This document shows, piece by piece, positions 11,710 through 24,605 of a DNA stretch of 64,000 nt; position 1 is the first letter of the stretch; each line of letters opens with the position of its first letter. A program made the translations under genes and the position numbers. The stretch is from Gracilinanus agilis (Eukaryota), in NCBI RefSeq assembly GCF_016433145.1, contig NC_058133.1, positions 307,123,572 through 307,187,571 on the forward strand. The letters are read 5' to 3'. The notes beneath the pieces are model-generated. The model ran no database searches. It was given only the letters and a program-made list of their open reading frames with translations, and was not told the origin of the DNA.

Positions 11710-14700
11710 CTCTAGAGGTATACTCATTTATACACCTTTGATTTTCCTTTCTCTGTGCTCATTTAGTTCTCTCCTTAGATATTTCCTCAGAGGTCAAAAG
11801 CTGCTCAATATCAGGAATCCTTGAGTGATTAATTTTTCCCCTTGCCTATAAGTTGACACTAGGTCTCCATGGAAACTAATCCAGGGCTGATTTGATCAGT
11901 AGACATGCAAAAACTATCATCCTCCTCATAACCAACAAATTTTTATTTCCTTGCAAAATATCTTGAGGTTTATGTGATATTTTTCAATAGGTGATACGAA
12001 CATTTTAAAGAAATAAACATTTAAAACAAGATTTGATGTACCAACACTGCAATTTTGAATTACTGGCTAATTTCTGCTTGCCTCTGGGTAGACTTTTCCA
12101 TGTCTCCCTTCTTTTTCTGTATGACTGGCCACCCTTCCTTCTTCTTGGAAGTCTCTTCAAAGGAAAAAAAGCTACTCTGCCTCTCTGAGTAAACCTTGCC
12201 TGCTTGCAGGTAGACACCAAGTCTCCATGATAACTACAATAGAGCTTTGATCTGTACAGAATCAAGGATCATATTTCTCCCTCAGGTCAATATTTTTTCA
12301 TTTCCTTGCCAAGTCAACTGAATTAAATTTGACATCTGCAAAAACATATCACAGACATTTAAAATTAAGCATCCACTTTTAACATAGCATAGATGATTAT
12401 CTCAACATCATAGGTAGTCATGACAGGGTACTGTATATATCAATTCTACATCAGCCATTGATTGAATTCACTAAACAACACAATGTAGAACATTTTTTGA
12501 CAAATTCTTTAAGTAAATAAATCAACATCACATGCAAAATGTACTGCTTCAAGAAGGGTGAATACTTCTGGATAATGCCTCCTTGCATCTGTATATATTT
12601 CCATTTCTCTTTGTCTTTCTCCTTAGCCAGTCTCCCATCACTGAAGAAATTTTCAAAGTTCTGCTTGCCCTCAGGTAGACACCAAGTCTTCTATGATAAC
12701 TACCATTTGACTGGGTTGATTCATGTAGACTATAGCCCTCTCTATGGCCAATAATTTTATAGTCCTGTGAAAAATGTGCTGAGCCTTATGTGACATTTTC
12801 AAATACGTGTCAACAGCATTAAAAGTGGGAAATAATATAATAAAGTTTATGATATGTAACTCTTTCCTTTTCCTTTTTGGCTCAAATTTGCATTAATATT
12901 GTATGCAGTAAAACAACAACTAAAAACTGTTCTTTGAAAGATTGTTTCTGTAGATGAATATAGCAATCATGTGGTTTTTACAGTTTGAAATAGGAACTAC
13001 ATGAACTCTGATTAATATTTGAGTGCTTGTGGGTAGGCCAGTAATTTTTCACTCCCTTACAAAACAAGTTGAGTAATGCATATTTTGAAGTCTCCTTAGC
13101 ATTTAAAAAAGAAAAAATCAATATTTAAAATAAAGATGCTTATGCTAACATTAGAAATAATCACTCCATACTACCTTTTACCTAAAATTTACATTAATAG
13201 CTCATGCAATAGAAAGCACAACTAAAATATTCTATTAAATTTGGTTTTAATGGCATAATATCTAAATCACATGCAAGCTATATTATTTGAAACTTGGAAT
13301 TTTGGAGCCTCAGTAACTTCAAGCCAATTCTGGGCAGACATTTTCATTTCTACCCCTTTTGTCTGGCTCCTTGGTCACTTCCTTGGAAATAAATTCAAGA
13401 TCAAAGGCAACTTAAATAATTCTAGTTAATTCTTACTTGCCTAATGGTAGAAATCAGGTCTCCATAGTTGCCACTAAAGGAGGGTTGATTTGTTCTAATG
13501 AAGAATTACTTTCCTCTACAGTTCTAATAACCTTGCAAAATCAGCTGAGGCATACTTGATGTGTGTAAAAGAGCAGTGTTGATATCAAAATAAATATCAA
13601 CATTTCAAATAAAGATTATCTTAGCTTCACAGGAGATTATGCTACAGTACCAGTTCTATGAAATCCACATGAACTGTGCCATGCAGTAGACAACACCACT
13701 GAAATTTCACTTGACTAAGTTTTCCAGTATTTAAATATATTTGGCCAAGGCAGGATGTGTTTCTTGGGTAATTTGGGAAACTCTGGGTAATGAATTCCTG
13801 CTCTGAAAAATGTTTGACATTTCTGTTTTTTCTGTCTCCTTGGCTACCCAACCTTCTTTTTTGGCAATCCTTTCAAAGGTAAAATATCATAAGACTTTAT
13901 AAAACTCTGGACAATACCCACCTGCCTTTGTATTGGTAAATACTCTCCATGGTATCTACTCCAAGTCTATATTGATCTGTACAGAATAGAGGACTACATT
14001 CTTCTCCCAAGCCAATGATTTTGCTCTACTATGGAAAATAGGCTTAGGCATATATCATATCTTCAGATTGGCTTCACAAGTATAAAAAAGTACAACATTT
14101 AATGAGTATGATTATGCCAAAATCAAAAGTAGTCATTTCATACTGCTGCTGTTTACCACAAATTAATGACATTGTAGCATATAGTAGATAACATAATAGA
14201 AAACACCAATTAAATTTTTTTCAGTGGCTAAATGCAGAAGTCATATGAGGGATTATTACTTGATATATCGAAATTGAGGGGCTTGAGAGAATACATTTCT
14301 GTTCTTTGGGAAGATTTCCATCCCACTCTTCTTTTTCTATCTTCCAGGTAACATTCTTTTATCTTTGGAAATCCCTTGAAACATTCCAATCTCCCAGAAG
14401 TTATGAATCTGGTTAATTCTTACCTGCCTTCATGTAGACATTAAACCTCCATGATAACTACTCTAGGTCTGAATTAATCTATTCAAAGTAAAGGACCAAA
14501 TTTTCCCCCCATATCCAACAATTTCACACTCTTTTGCTAAAAAAAAACTTGAGGCAAAATTATTGGATAGGTATCATACATATAGAAAAAAATGTTTACA
14601 TGATAAATGTTGAGGATGATTGTAGCAACTTCATAAGTAATAACCCCATCTTTCTCTTTGCCTCAGATTCATATTCTAATATGTTGTAGTAAACATATGT

Positions 14701-16419
14701 AGTGGAAGGCATAATGCAGAACCTTTCACAACAGCCTGCTTTACTTGGTCAGTATCTTTACCAAGTTCAAGATATATTACTAGAAACTTGAAACTTAGGT
14801 AGCTATGGGCATTCCCTGTCGGCTGTTGGATGGATACGTCCTTGTCTCCTTCCTTTATCTGTCTGTTGGGTCACCCAGTCTTCTTCATTTATGTACCCTC
14901 AAGATAAAAATCCCATTCTAAATTAGACATTTCTGTTAATGGGTAGAAAACAAATGTTCCTAATAACTACTTTTTGTCTGGGTTGATCTGGGCAGAGGTA
15001 AGGACTGCATCATTTTTCACTTCCTTGCAAAATCAGCTATCAATATCTGTTACTAGAGTAGCAAATATTCATATTTAAGATAACAAGGAAGAGTATTTCA
15101 ATATCACAAGTAATCATCCCATGGAAACATTTATATCTGCAGATATATAATTTGAAATGTGGGATTTAAGGAACTTTGGTTAGTTTCCATTTGACCTCAT
15201 ATAAACTCTTCTATGACTCTTATCTTTGTATATCTTGTGCATCACCCAGCTTTCTCCTTGGAAGGCCTTTCCTGTTTAAAGCCAAGGGAACTTAAGTGGT
15301 TCTGTGTAATCCTGGCTTGTTTAAAGGTAAACACCAAGGTTCCATGAAAACTACACAAGACTAGGTTTATCTACATAAAAGCAAAGACTCCATTTTTCCT
15401 CAGTAGCCAGTAAATTTTTACTCTTTTGTAAAATCTTTGGAGGCATACATGAATCTCCAAGTTTATGTCAAACATCACTAAAATAATTAACATGGAAAAT
15501 TAGTTGGATAATAATCCCAACTTCACAGATGACAATCCATGATACTACACATCTTAAATATATTAGTAATGAATGCAGTAGCCATCACACAATGGAAAAG
15601 AAAAAAATTACTTGATAGACTGACATACTGTTTTAATGTCTAAATATATGTTATATACATATAAACAATATACATTCATGTATACATACATAGCATATAC
15701 AAAAATGTATATGCAATTTTCATATTTGGTATATATATATGTACATATATATGCACACACATACTTTTCTGTGTGTATTTATTACTTTAAAATTGAATCA
15801 TGATGAACTTTGGGAAATATGTGCCAATTTATTTGCTTGTGGGTATACACTTCTGTGGCTCCATTCCCTTTCCTAGTCACTCAGGATTATCCATGGGCAT
15901 CTCTTTAAGATGAAAAGCCATAGGAATTTAGGAAGTTCTGTAATTTCTAGCTGCCTGTGGAATGTCATGAAATGTCAGTGTTAATTATCCAAAGTAAGGA
16001 GTGATCACTGATGAGATAAGGACTACATTTTTGCCCTTGGCTAACAATTTTGTTCTCTCTAGGAAATAAGATAAGTCTATCTTCAAATAGACTTCACATG
16101 TATTAGCAAAACTTAAAGTTAATACAAAAAAATTAATATAATCCACAGGATGATTATCTTAATATCAAATAATCACTATTCCTGGTTACTCTTTACCTCA
16201 ATTTCCATAAACATTTTTTAAAGTAAACATCCTAATACAAACCATTGCTTAATAGTCTATTTCAGTGGCCAAATGTCCGAGTTATTTGGTAAATATGCTT
16301 TAAGCACATATCATAATAAATACATGTATGCCCATTGTACTCAAATAAGTATAAACATAAAAATGAATTCAAAACTAATATAGGTAAAATATAACAAATA
16401 TACATAAGTATTGCTGTCA

Positions 16420-16610
16420 TTGTTGTTGAATTGTGTCCAGCTTTTTGTGATCCTGATTAAGATTTTCTTGACAAAGATATTATAGTGGTTTGCCATTTTC
16501 TTCTCCAGTGGATTGAAGTAAATAGAGGTTAAGTGAGTTGCCCAAGGTCTGAGACCGTATTTGAACCTGTCTTTCTGACTCCAGACCCAGCCCTCTAGCC
16601 ACTGATCTAC
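16420..16610 (-). mobile_element. MAR1-type SINE remnant
   Basis: TTCTTGACAAAGATATTATAGTGGTTTGCCATTTTCTTCTCCAG (RTE tail, reversed), then GGTTAAGTGAGTTGCCCAAGGTC and TTTGAACC...CTGACTCCAG (core and head, reversed). Confidence 0.75.
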
Positions 16611-17249
16611 CTGTGTATGTGTGTGTGTGTGTAAAATTTAAATAGCAAAATAATACATATGTAGCTAGAAGAAAATTGTGCATATATGGCTTGAACACAT
16701 AAGTAGGCATGAATATGTAGAGAGAGGTACTAAGACAAGGACACAACTCAGAAACAACAATATAAACCGTATATTTAGTTTTTTTTATTAAAAATATATA
16801 TATATATATATTATTTATCAGTATTGTCATCTGGATATATGTGCAACCAATTTCCACTTTTTTCTATAACACTGAAAGCTAGTTTGGTCATAGGTTGCAT
16901 TGATCCAGCTCTCTTATAAATTGTAGTGTTCCATCCCTATGCCCCTGTTGTTTTGTTTTATGGTCTGATCCTGATAATCTCCTTACCTATAGCTCTTCAG
17001 TATGAAATCTTACTGAGAGGACCCAAGCTATCATCATTTCTCTATGTATTATTGCTGATGTTTTTCTATAGTTGAATTTCTAGATGAAATATTTATTGCC
17101 TCTGAATTCATTCCATTTCCCTTTAGGATCTTTCTCCATTCAAGCAATGTCACAATAAACAGTCTTTGTCATTTGAAACCTAACTTTCTGAATCACTATC
17201 TACTTCAGATGGTCTTTTTATCACTGGTATTGGGTGTGCCACTCTCATC

Positions 17250-18600
17250 CTTCAGGTGGCTTATTCATTTTACTCAGAGAATGCCAAGTTAATTGTCCAT
17301 CATTTCTTACCAACTCATTAGTGTCTACCTAACTCTCCTATGAGTAATTGCAACAAATTCTGCTTACTGTACCTCCACTTTTTTCTGGGACTATTTTCTA
17401 AAAAAGGAAAGATGCATGGTCTCTAAGTAACTTGGAACACAGTAGCTTGCTATAGGTCTACTAACTTGTGTATCCTTTGCTCTTGAACACCAAGGTTTCT
17501 CTACAAAACTTTCTCCTTGCTGAAAGTTGACAGTGAGCATAGATATCGTAATGTTTCCATCTGAGTTCTTCTGAAGTGAGGGCATTGTTAACTTGCAGGC
17601 TTCTTTCTGATTCTAAATCATGAGATCAATGGGTTATGGGTATTTGCATCTTCTAAGTTGGCAGTCCAAAAATCAATGAATTTGTGTGGCTCTCATTCAA
17701 ATATAGCAAATATGATATAAAATCTATTACAACACTCCTGATAGTTATGAATGTGAACTAAAAATTCCAGATATTGAATCCATGGTTATTTTTATTCAAG
17801 GTCACAGTGTTCCTAATGTGTACATTAATGGACATTTGAAATGCTTGGTCCAAATCTCCCTCAGGATGTTAAAATTTAGCTCTAACCTTTTTGACACTTG
17901 CGAATACTACTATTTCTTTGAGGAGCTTGCTCTCAAAATCTGCCTTGATCAGAATAGATTCTTATAGGGAAACCAAACACTGAGAATTATTTTTCATACC
18001 ACATCTTACTAGTAATGGAAACTTTTTAGTTCTTTGTTGGGTATGGTTGGGCATACATGGCGAAGTAAAAACTCATCATTAAGATATAGATTATGGTCTT
18101 ACTTTCTTCTTCTAGGGACATTCAATCAATGTAGAACAGTTTCAAAAGTTTGCTCATGTATGCTTACATTTTGCACATAAGCAGTATGAGTTGGCAGTTT
18201 TTCTTTGAACACATCAAATATGTCACACACTTCTTGATGATATATGCTACAATACTGGACCAGTAAAATCTGTTTCTTACTACTTCTAGGTTTCTTTTAC
18301 CTAAAATTCTATAGTCACCATGTAGTGTATTCATGGTGCTGTTATAATATTCTGGAGTGAACCAGCTGCTTCTTAGTGCCCTATATAAGTAATAGTCTGA
18401 TGTTGCATTATGTTTCACAACTCTAATTTCTGTCTTTCTTAATAAACGACTGAATCCTAATACAAAATAAAGCAAAAGAGACAAAAATTGTAGATCTTGA
18501 AATTTCTTTGTAGATGGTCTATTCAGGACCATAGCAATCTTTCTTGAGTACTGGTTATCCCTTTGACATGACTTGAGAGAGTCTCTAAAACAAAAATTCA
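17250..18600 (-). mobile_element. Decayed Ty3/Gypsy LTR-retrotransposon pol fragment (integrase Zn finger, core and C-terminal domain)
   Basis: Minus-strand translation across stops and frameshifts gives LYR..QLV.PEYYNSTMNTLHGD..LGKRNLEVVRNRFYW; LKLFYID*MSLE..ILMM..FAMYAQPYPTKN*K..KMWYEK*FSVFGFPIRIYSDQGR/DFESKLLKEI; HPEGD; LVHIHN; and KVL*RNLGV..HKLVD. The motif order is that of a Gypsy integrase. Confidence 0.88.
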
Positions 18601-19179
18601 TCAGTTGATAGCTTCAGAACATCTGCCTTTAACCAGGCCTATTCTCCTGTTCTTCCTGTGTCCTTCCAAATGCAAAATCTAGAAATATAAATAATTTCAG
18701 GTAATTCATGTCTATGATCATTTTCTCTCTGTTCTGTAGATTGATGTTTAAGCTATATATTTTTTAGTTTTATTGACATTTTTACGTTACAAAAATTTGT
18801 AGATTACTCCTACTATCTGAGAGGTGTCTCAAAACAAAGTTCAGCAGTAAAGAAAATTAGTATTCAAGTGAACTTACCTAAAGTACAAGATTGCATCTGT
18901 ATCACCCACCTGACACCTATTTTTAAAATTTTTATTATTTTAAAAAAAGGACAGAAATCTATTTTCTCTCCCTACAATCCCAATAAAGAAAAGGAAAAAA
19001 ATAATTTCTAGTAAAAAATGAGCATATCTAAAATTTGTTTTCTAGTAACAAACATGCATATCTATCAGTACTAGGCTTCAAACTGCATTATAAATCAGTA
19101 ATTATTAAACCAGTTTGTACTGCTTCTAAATGTGTCCATCAGTGACATAGATTAGGGTACAACATACAGAAAAAAAGAA

Positions 19180-19810
19180 ATATAATAGCTTGGTATTTGG
19201 AAGACCTAGAGACCCCAGTTATTGGGTAGACTCCTTATATGACAAAAACTACTAGAAAAACTTGAAATCAGTTCAGTAGAAATTGGATGTAAATCAACAC
19301 TGTATACCAAGATAAGCTTCAAATAGATATATGACTTATACATAAAAGGTGATGTTATAAGCAAATTAGAGGAGCAAGGAAGAAATTACCTTTCATGTCT
19401 TTGGATAGGGAAGAATTTATGGCTAAAGTTCTACAGAGGATTTTTAAAATGAAGGATTTTGATTATAAAAATAGAAACATTTTAGCACAAATCAAATCTA
19501 ATCAAATTAAAATGAGAAGAGAAATACACAACTGGGGGGTAAATCTTTTATAGCAAAATATCATACCAAAGATATATAAAAATCATTCAAATTTATAAGA
19601 CTAAGATAGATTTCTCAATAGTAAATCAAAGAGTATGAATTGGTGGCCTTCAAAGGAAGAAATTTAAGCTATCAATAAACATGAAAAATGCTTCAAATAA
19701 CTAATAATTAGAGAAATATAAATTAAAACAACTATGAGATTCCTTCTCAAACTATCACATTGGTAGAATTATGAATTAGTCTAGCCATACTGGAAGCAAT
19801 TTAAAATGGT
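19180..19810 (+). mobile_element. L1 ORF2 3' remnant
   Basis: GACTCCTTATATGACAAAAACTACTAGAAAAACTTG..., AATTAGAGAAATATAAATTAAAACAACTATGAGATT. Confidence 0.8.
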
Positions 19811-22293
19811 GTGGGGAAAATATGCGTACCAAGCAAAACAAATCACCACAATGCCTGTATAGGGGTATGTATATGTGTGTAACATATATACATATATGGA
19901 ATCATGGGTGGGATCATGAGTATTTATTGTATTTATCATAGTCTTTATTTCCAAAGTGGTTTCTTCATACAGTGTTGTTGTCAGTATATAAGTAACTCAT
20001 TCTATTCCTCATTTTATAAAGGCAAAACTAAAACAATTTATATGACATCAATATTATAAAAATGAGAGGTTTCATAATCTTGAGTTTAGATTCTTTAATG
20101 CCTTTCTTTTAGCTCTTTGCCTGATTGACTAGCCTTCTTCTTGATAACTCCAAATTGTTTGAAGTAAATGGTCAAACTAGTAAAACCCAGTTTCACAGAT
20201 CTTTCTTCAACTATGTCAAAAGAATCCGGGAGCATATACAGTGTAATTCTTAAGATTGTAAGCAAATGACTGCCAGCCAGATATTCCAGCATATGTGAAA
20301 CTTTTGTGTTGATAAACTGATTGTCTTAGTTCTTTTATTCTAGATCTAGTGGACATATATTCCTAATATTCTATATTATTATTTTAGGTGATAAAAATGG
20401 TCTTCTATGCTCAATAATGTTGTTTTTGATGAGTAACTCTCACAAATGACTTCAAAGTTTTTTTTTCATAGATAAAGAAATATTCCAGAATATTCTTGTA
20501 ATGGTCAGGACTCTGTGAGGGGCTTTCTGTTGGTACCACCTTGAGAACACATCTACCCTACTACTAAGTATATCCTTCAACCAATCCTTCCATTCTTCAG
20601 GTGTTAGGGTATTCCTACTTGTTAATAGTAACTTTCTGGTACTTTAACTAGGCTAGAATTGGTAAGAGATAACATCTAGAGGGAAATCTTGAGACTATTT
20701 CCTGTGCACATATATAAAAGATAAAAAGGGATTACTTTGAAAAAAAATTAGATGCTTTATTGAGCACAGAAGGCTTGCTACGAGGAGAAAATAAAAACAA
20801 AAACTAATCCATATTTGAGTCAGAAAAAAAAAGCATCTGTTATCAGAAGGATATTAGAGGTCCAGAAATGGTTTTCTTAGAAATGGAACCATGCTCTCCC
20901 CAGGAAATAAATATGGAAAATTTGGGTCTTTGAAAAGAGATGTTATCTCTTACCAAAAATATATCAAGAATAATTGAGTTATCAAAAATGTCAACTAATT
21001 TATAAAACCCTATTTGAATAACATCATTGGATCTGATGTTGCTATGAATTATTTAAAAACATTTAAGTTATTTTACAACCCTTTTCAATGATTTTTAGGT
21101 TCCTTATTTTTTATAGTTGTGGCTACTAATATCAAGAGATCTCTGTTAACTCCTACATTCAAAACATCACCACTTATGCATTAAAGTCTATGTCCTTAAA
21201 ATAAACTGAACCATGCTTATAATTTTCTTCAAGGAAATGCTAAATTGTGGTACAGAGATGCAATGTTATACAGTAATCACACAATGAAGCAATAACTCCA
21301 TATAAGAAATGCATAGCAAGTAAAATAGTAAAGTATGTATGCAAATTAGTGGCAATGGAATGCATAAGATAATGGGAAAGCAATTACAGCAACTGCAGCC
21401 ATGTACCAACAATTAGCATATAAGTAAACAAATAGTACCCATTGTCAATACCACCTACTCATGCATGTAATCTCATCAAAACATATATTTAACACATTAA
21501 CCAGCAGCACCAACAGACACTTAAATTTAAAATCATTCTATTAATCAAATCATTCTATCATGGAACAGAGCTTTACCCATTGAAGACTTTAAAATTATTA
21601 GGATGCAACCATGTAACATCACACATTACCATTGCTTGCTATTGTTTACCTAAAATTCACATTACCTATTTTATATCATAGACAGTAAAAATAAAATATA
21701 ATTTGAAAGACTGTTTTGTTGTCACACTAAGGAGGTATAATTTGAAACTTGGTACATGGGAAACTCTGTAATGTCTGCCTGCTGTGTGAATATTCACTTC
21801 AGTGTCTCAATCCTTTGCCTTACAACCCAGGAAGTCTCTTCAAAGTAAAAATCCAACTGAATTCAAGAAAACTGTTTAAGTCACAAAGTCTCAATGGGAG
21901 ACTACCACACTGTGGGAGTACATTCAAGAACAAAGTTGCTCTCTATGGAGAATAACAGGAACAATAAGCGTAAAAGACCAATAGAGATCCCCCAAAATAT
22001 TAAATACTTAAAATAAACAGAATAACTGTGACAGCATTACAGATGCCTATCCTTTATCCTAAATCCAAATTAGTATTGAATTTATTACACAACATAATAT
22101 GAAACATTGCTCAATAATCTTGCAAGTAGATATTATTTAAATAACATGGTATATTCTTCTTGAAACTTGGAGAACTCTAGGTAATGCCTACCTCTTCTGT
22201 GGGTAGAAATTCTACTTAACACTTCTCTGGTTCTCTTTCTGGCCATTCTAACTTCTTAGTGGAAGTCCCTTGAAAGTCAAAACTTTTTAGAGA

Positions 22294-22475
22294 GGGGCAG
22301 CTGGGTAGCTCAGTGGAGTGAGAGTCAGGCCTAGAGACAGGAGGTCCTAGGTTCAAACCCGGCCTCAGCCACTTCCCAGCTGTGTGACCCTGGGCAAGTC
22401 ACTTGACCCCCATTGCCCACCCTTACCAACCTTCCACCTATGAGACAATACACCGAAGTACAAGGGTTTAAAAAA
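22294..22475 (+). mobile_element. Young full-length SINE1_Mdo-type tRNA-derived SINE
   Basis: GGGGCAGCTGGGTAGCTCAGTGG A box, GGTTCAAACCC B box, MIR core, AAGGGTTTAAAAAA tail; perfect 14-bp TSD AAAACTTTTTAGAG (22279-22292 and 22476-22489); inserted inside an array unit. Confidence 0.95.
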
Positions 22476-23778
22476 AAAACTTTTTAGAGGTAGAGAGCTC
22501 TGGATAATACTTTGTTAGCAAGTAGACACAAAGTCTCCATGGTAACCACCCTTTGGTCAGAAGTAAAGACTACACTATTCCTCATCACCAACAATTTGGT
22601 TCTCCCTTGAAAAATAAGGAGCAGTATACTACAAACAGTCCCCAAACAGATTCACACATAATCAATGCTATACAAAAAGATAGTTACACCAATACCAGAA
22701 GTAATAATCAGATGACATTTTCCCCTTAAATATTCATTTGCATTGCATGTAATTGGTGGTGCATGCTTGCAAACTCTAAGGCTGAAATTGGCATATATTT
22801 GGAGTTCTAGATAGTTCAGAAATTTGGCATTAGCCCAAGTTAGATGATAAATACTTTGAGTCTGCTAGTATTTACCACAGCCACCAAAATAATGATGGAA
22901 AATTAAAACAATAAGGCTAATTATTCTACCATCACTAAAAGTCACTGGATGATACTAATTACATCAAATCCATATTCACATGGAATCCTGGAGATAGCCC
23001 AATATAAAGCATGACTGGACAGACTGCTTCATTGAACAAATAAATGAAGGATATCACGAACTTGGAATCTGAGAAATCCTGATGCCTCTCTATCCTTGGC
23101 AGATACTTCCTTCTGCCTTTCTGTGGGATCAGATTTGTCAATGAAGGTCTCTTCAAGACAAAAATTTTGGTGAACTTATGCAACTCCATGTAATGCATGC
23201 TAATGTGAGAAGTTACTAAGTTCCCACCTTTACTACACAATGGAAAATATGATTTCTGGAAAGGCAAAGTCTACATTCCTCCTCACACTTAACAATTTTG
23301 ACTTTCTCCATAAACTCAACTGAGGTCTGTTAGATATCTGTAAATAGACCTCACAACTAATAGGAAAAACTACAGTTAAAGTAAAAAGGGTAATAAGCTA
23401 AAAATGACAGGTTATTATCCTTTGGTGTTGTTATCTTCAAATCCATTAACTTTTCGTGTAGGAGAAAACATATTACAAAACATCATTTAATAGACTGTTT
23501 CAGTGGCAAAATGTCTAAATAACATACAAAATGTATAACTTAAAAAGTTGGAACCTGGGAGACTTGGAGTAATGCTTACCTGCTCAGAAAAGAGATATTG
23601 TTTCCATGTTAACTAATGTAGAGTAGATAGGTGCCAAGACAAGAACTACATTCTTCCCTGTCACAATTTTCCACTCAGCAGAGAAGTCATGAGATTCTTG
23701 AAATCTACAAATAGACACCACATGAATCAGGATAAAAATCAAAATTTAAAACAAACAAGACAATTAATTATTCTACTG

Positions 23779-24131
23779 TATTAGTGTTTGATTCAGAACC
23801 ACATTAAAGTGGCATGTGATAGGAAAATAGAAATGGCAATACTTGACAAAATCAATGAATAAGTTAAATTAAATATATATTACTTAAACCTCAAATTAAG
23901 GAACTTTGGGCATTGTTTGGATTCCTGTCTTTAGAAAATTCATGTGCCTGTTCCTGATTATCTGGTCACTAAGCCTACTCACTAGAAATCCCTTTAAAAG
24001 AACAGTCTCAAGAATTTAGGCAATTCTTGATACCTGTGTGCTTTCAGGTAGACACCAAGTCTCCATGGTAACTACTTCAATGGGAGGCTGATCTATGAAG
24101 AATTAAAAAAAATACATTTGTCCATTTGGTA

Positions 24132-24194
<63 letters not shown>

Positions 24195-24548
24195 NTATTA
24201 GTGTTTGATTCAGAACCACATTAAAGTGGCATGTGATAGGAAAATAGAAATGGCAATACTTGACAAAATCAATGAATAAGTTAAATTAAATATATATTAC
24301 TTAAACCTCAAATTAAGGAACTTTGGGCATTGTTTGGATTCCTGTCTTTAGAAAATTCATGTGCCTGTTCCTGATTATCTGGTCACTAAGCCTACTCACT
24401 AGAAATCCCTTTAAAAGAACAGTCTCAAGAATTTAGGCAATTCTTGATACCTGTGTGCTTTCAGGTAGACACCAAGTCTCCATGGTAACTACTTCAATGG
24501 GAGGCTGATCTATGAAGAATTAAAAAAAATACATTTGTCCATTTGGTA

Positions 24549-24602
<54 letters not shown>
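23779..24602. repeat. Perfect 417-bp direct duplication flanking a single N (probable assembly artefact), each copy ending in (TG)n(TA)n
   Basis: 23779-24194 and 24196-~24602 read identically by eye; N at 24195; both copies terminate in a TA microsatellite. Confidence 0.9.

Positions 24603-24605
<3 letters not shown>

Noticed and set aside
12005-12265. Repeated coding exon in the frame SYHGDLVSTCRQ
   Set aside because: The consensus and several copies have an in-frame TAG or TAA just upstream within the putative exon, and indels between copies do not preserve frame.
6396-12700. Resemblance of GGTAGAC..CTATGA and TACTTGAA motifs to the eutherian miR-379/miR-376/miR-154 family
   Set aside because: Only 7-10 nt matches, the hairpin geometry differs, and that cluster is regarded as eutherian-specific; probably coincidence.
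22294-22360. tRNA gene (A and B boxes)
   Set aside because: It is the tRNA-derived head of a SINE with a core, tail and TSD.
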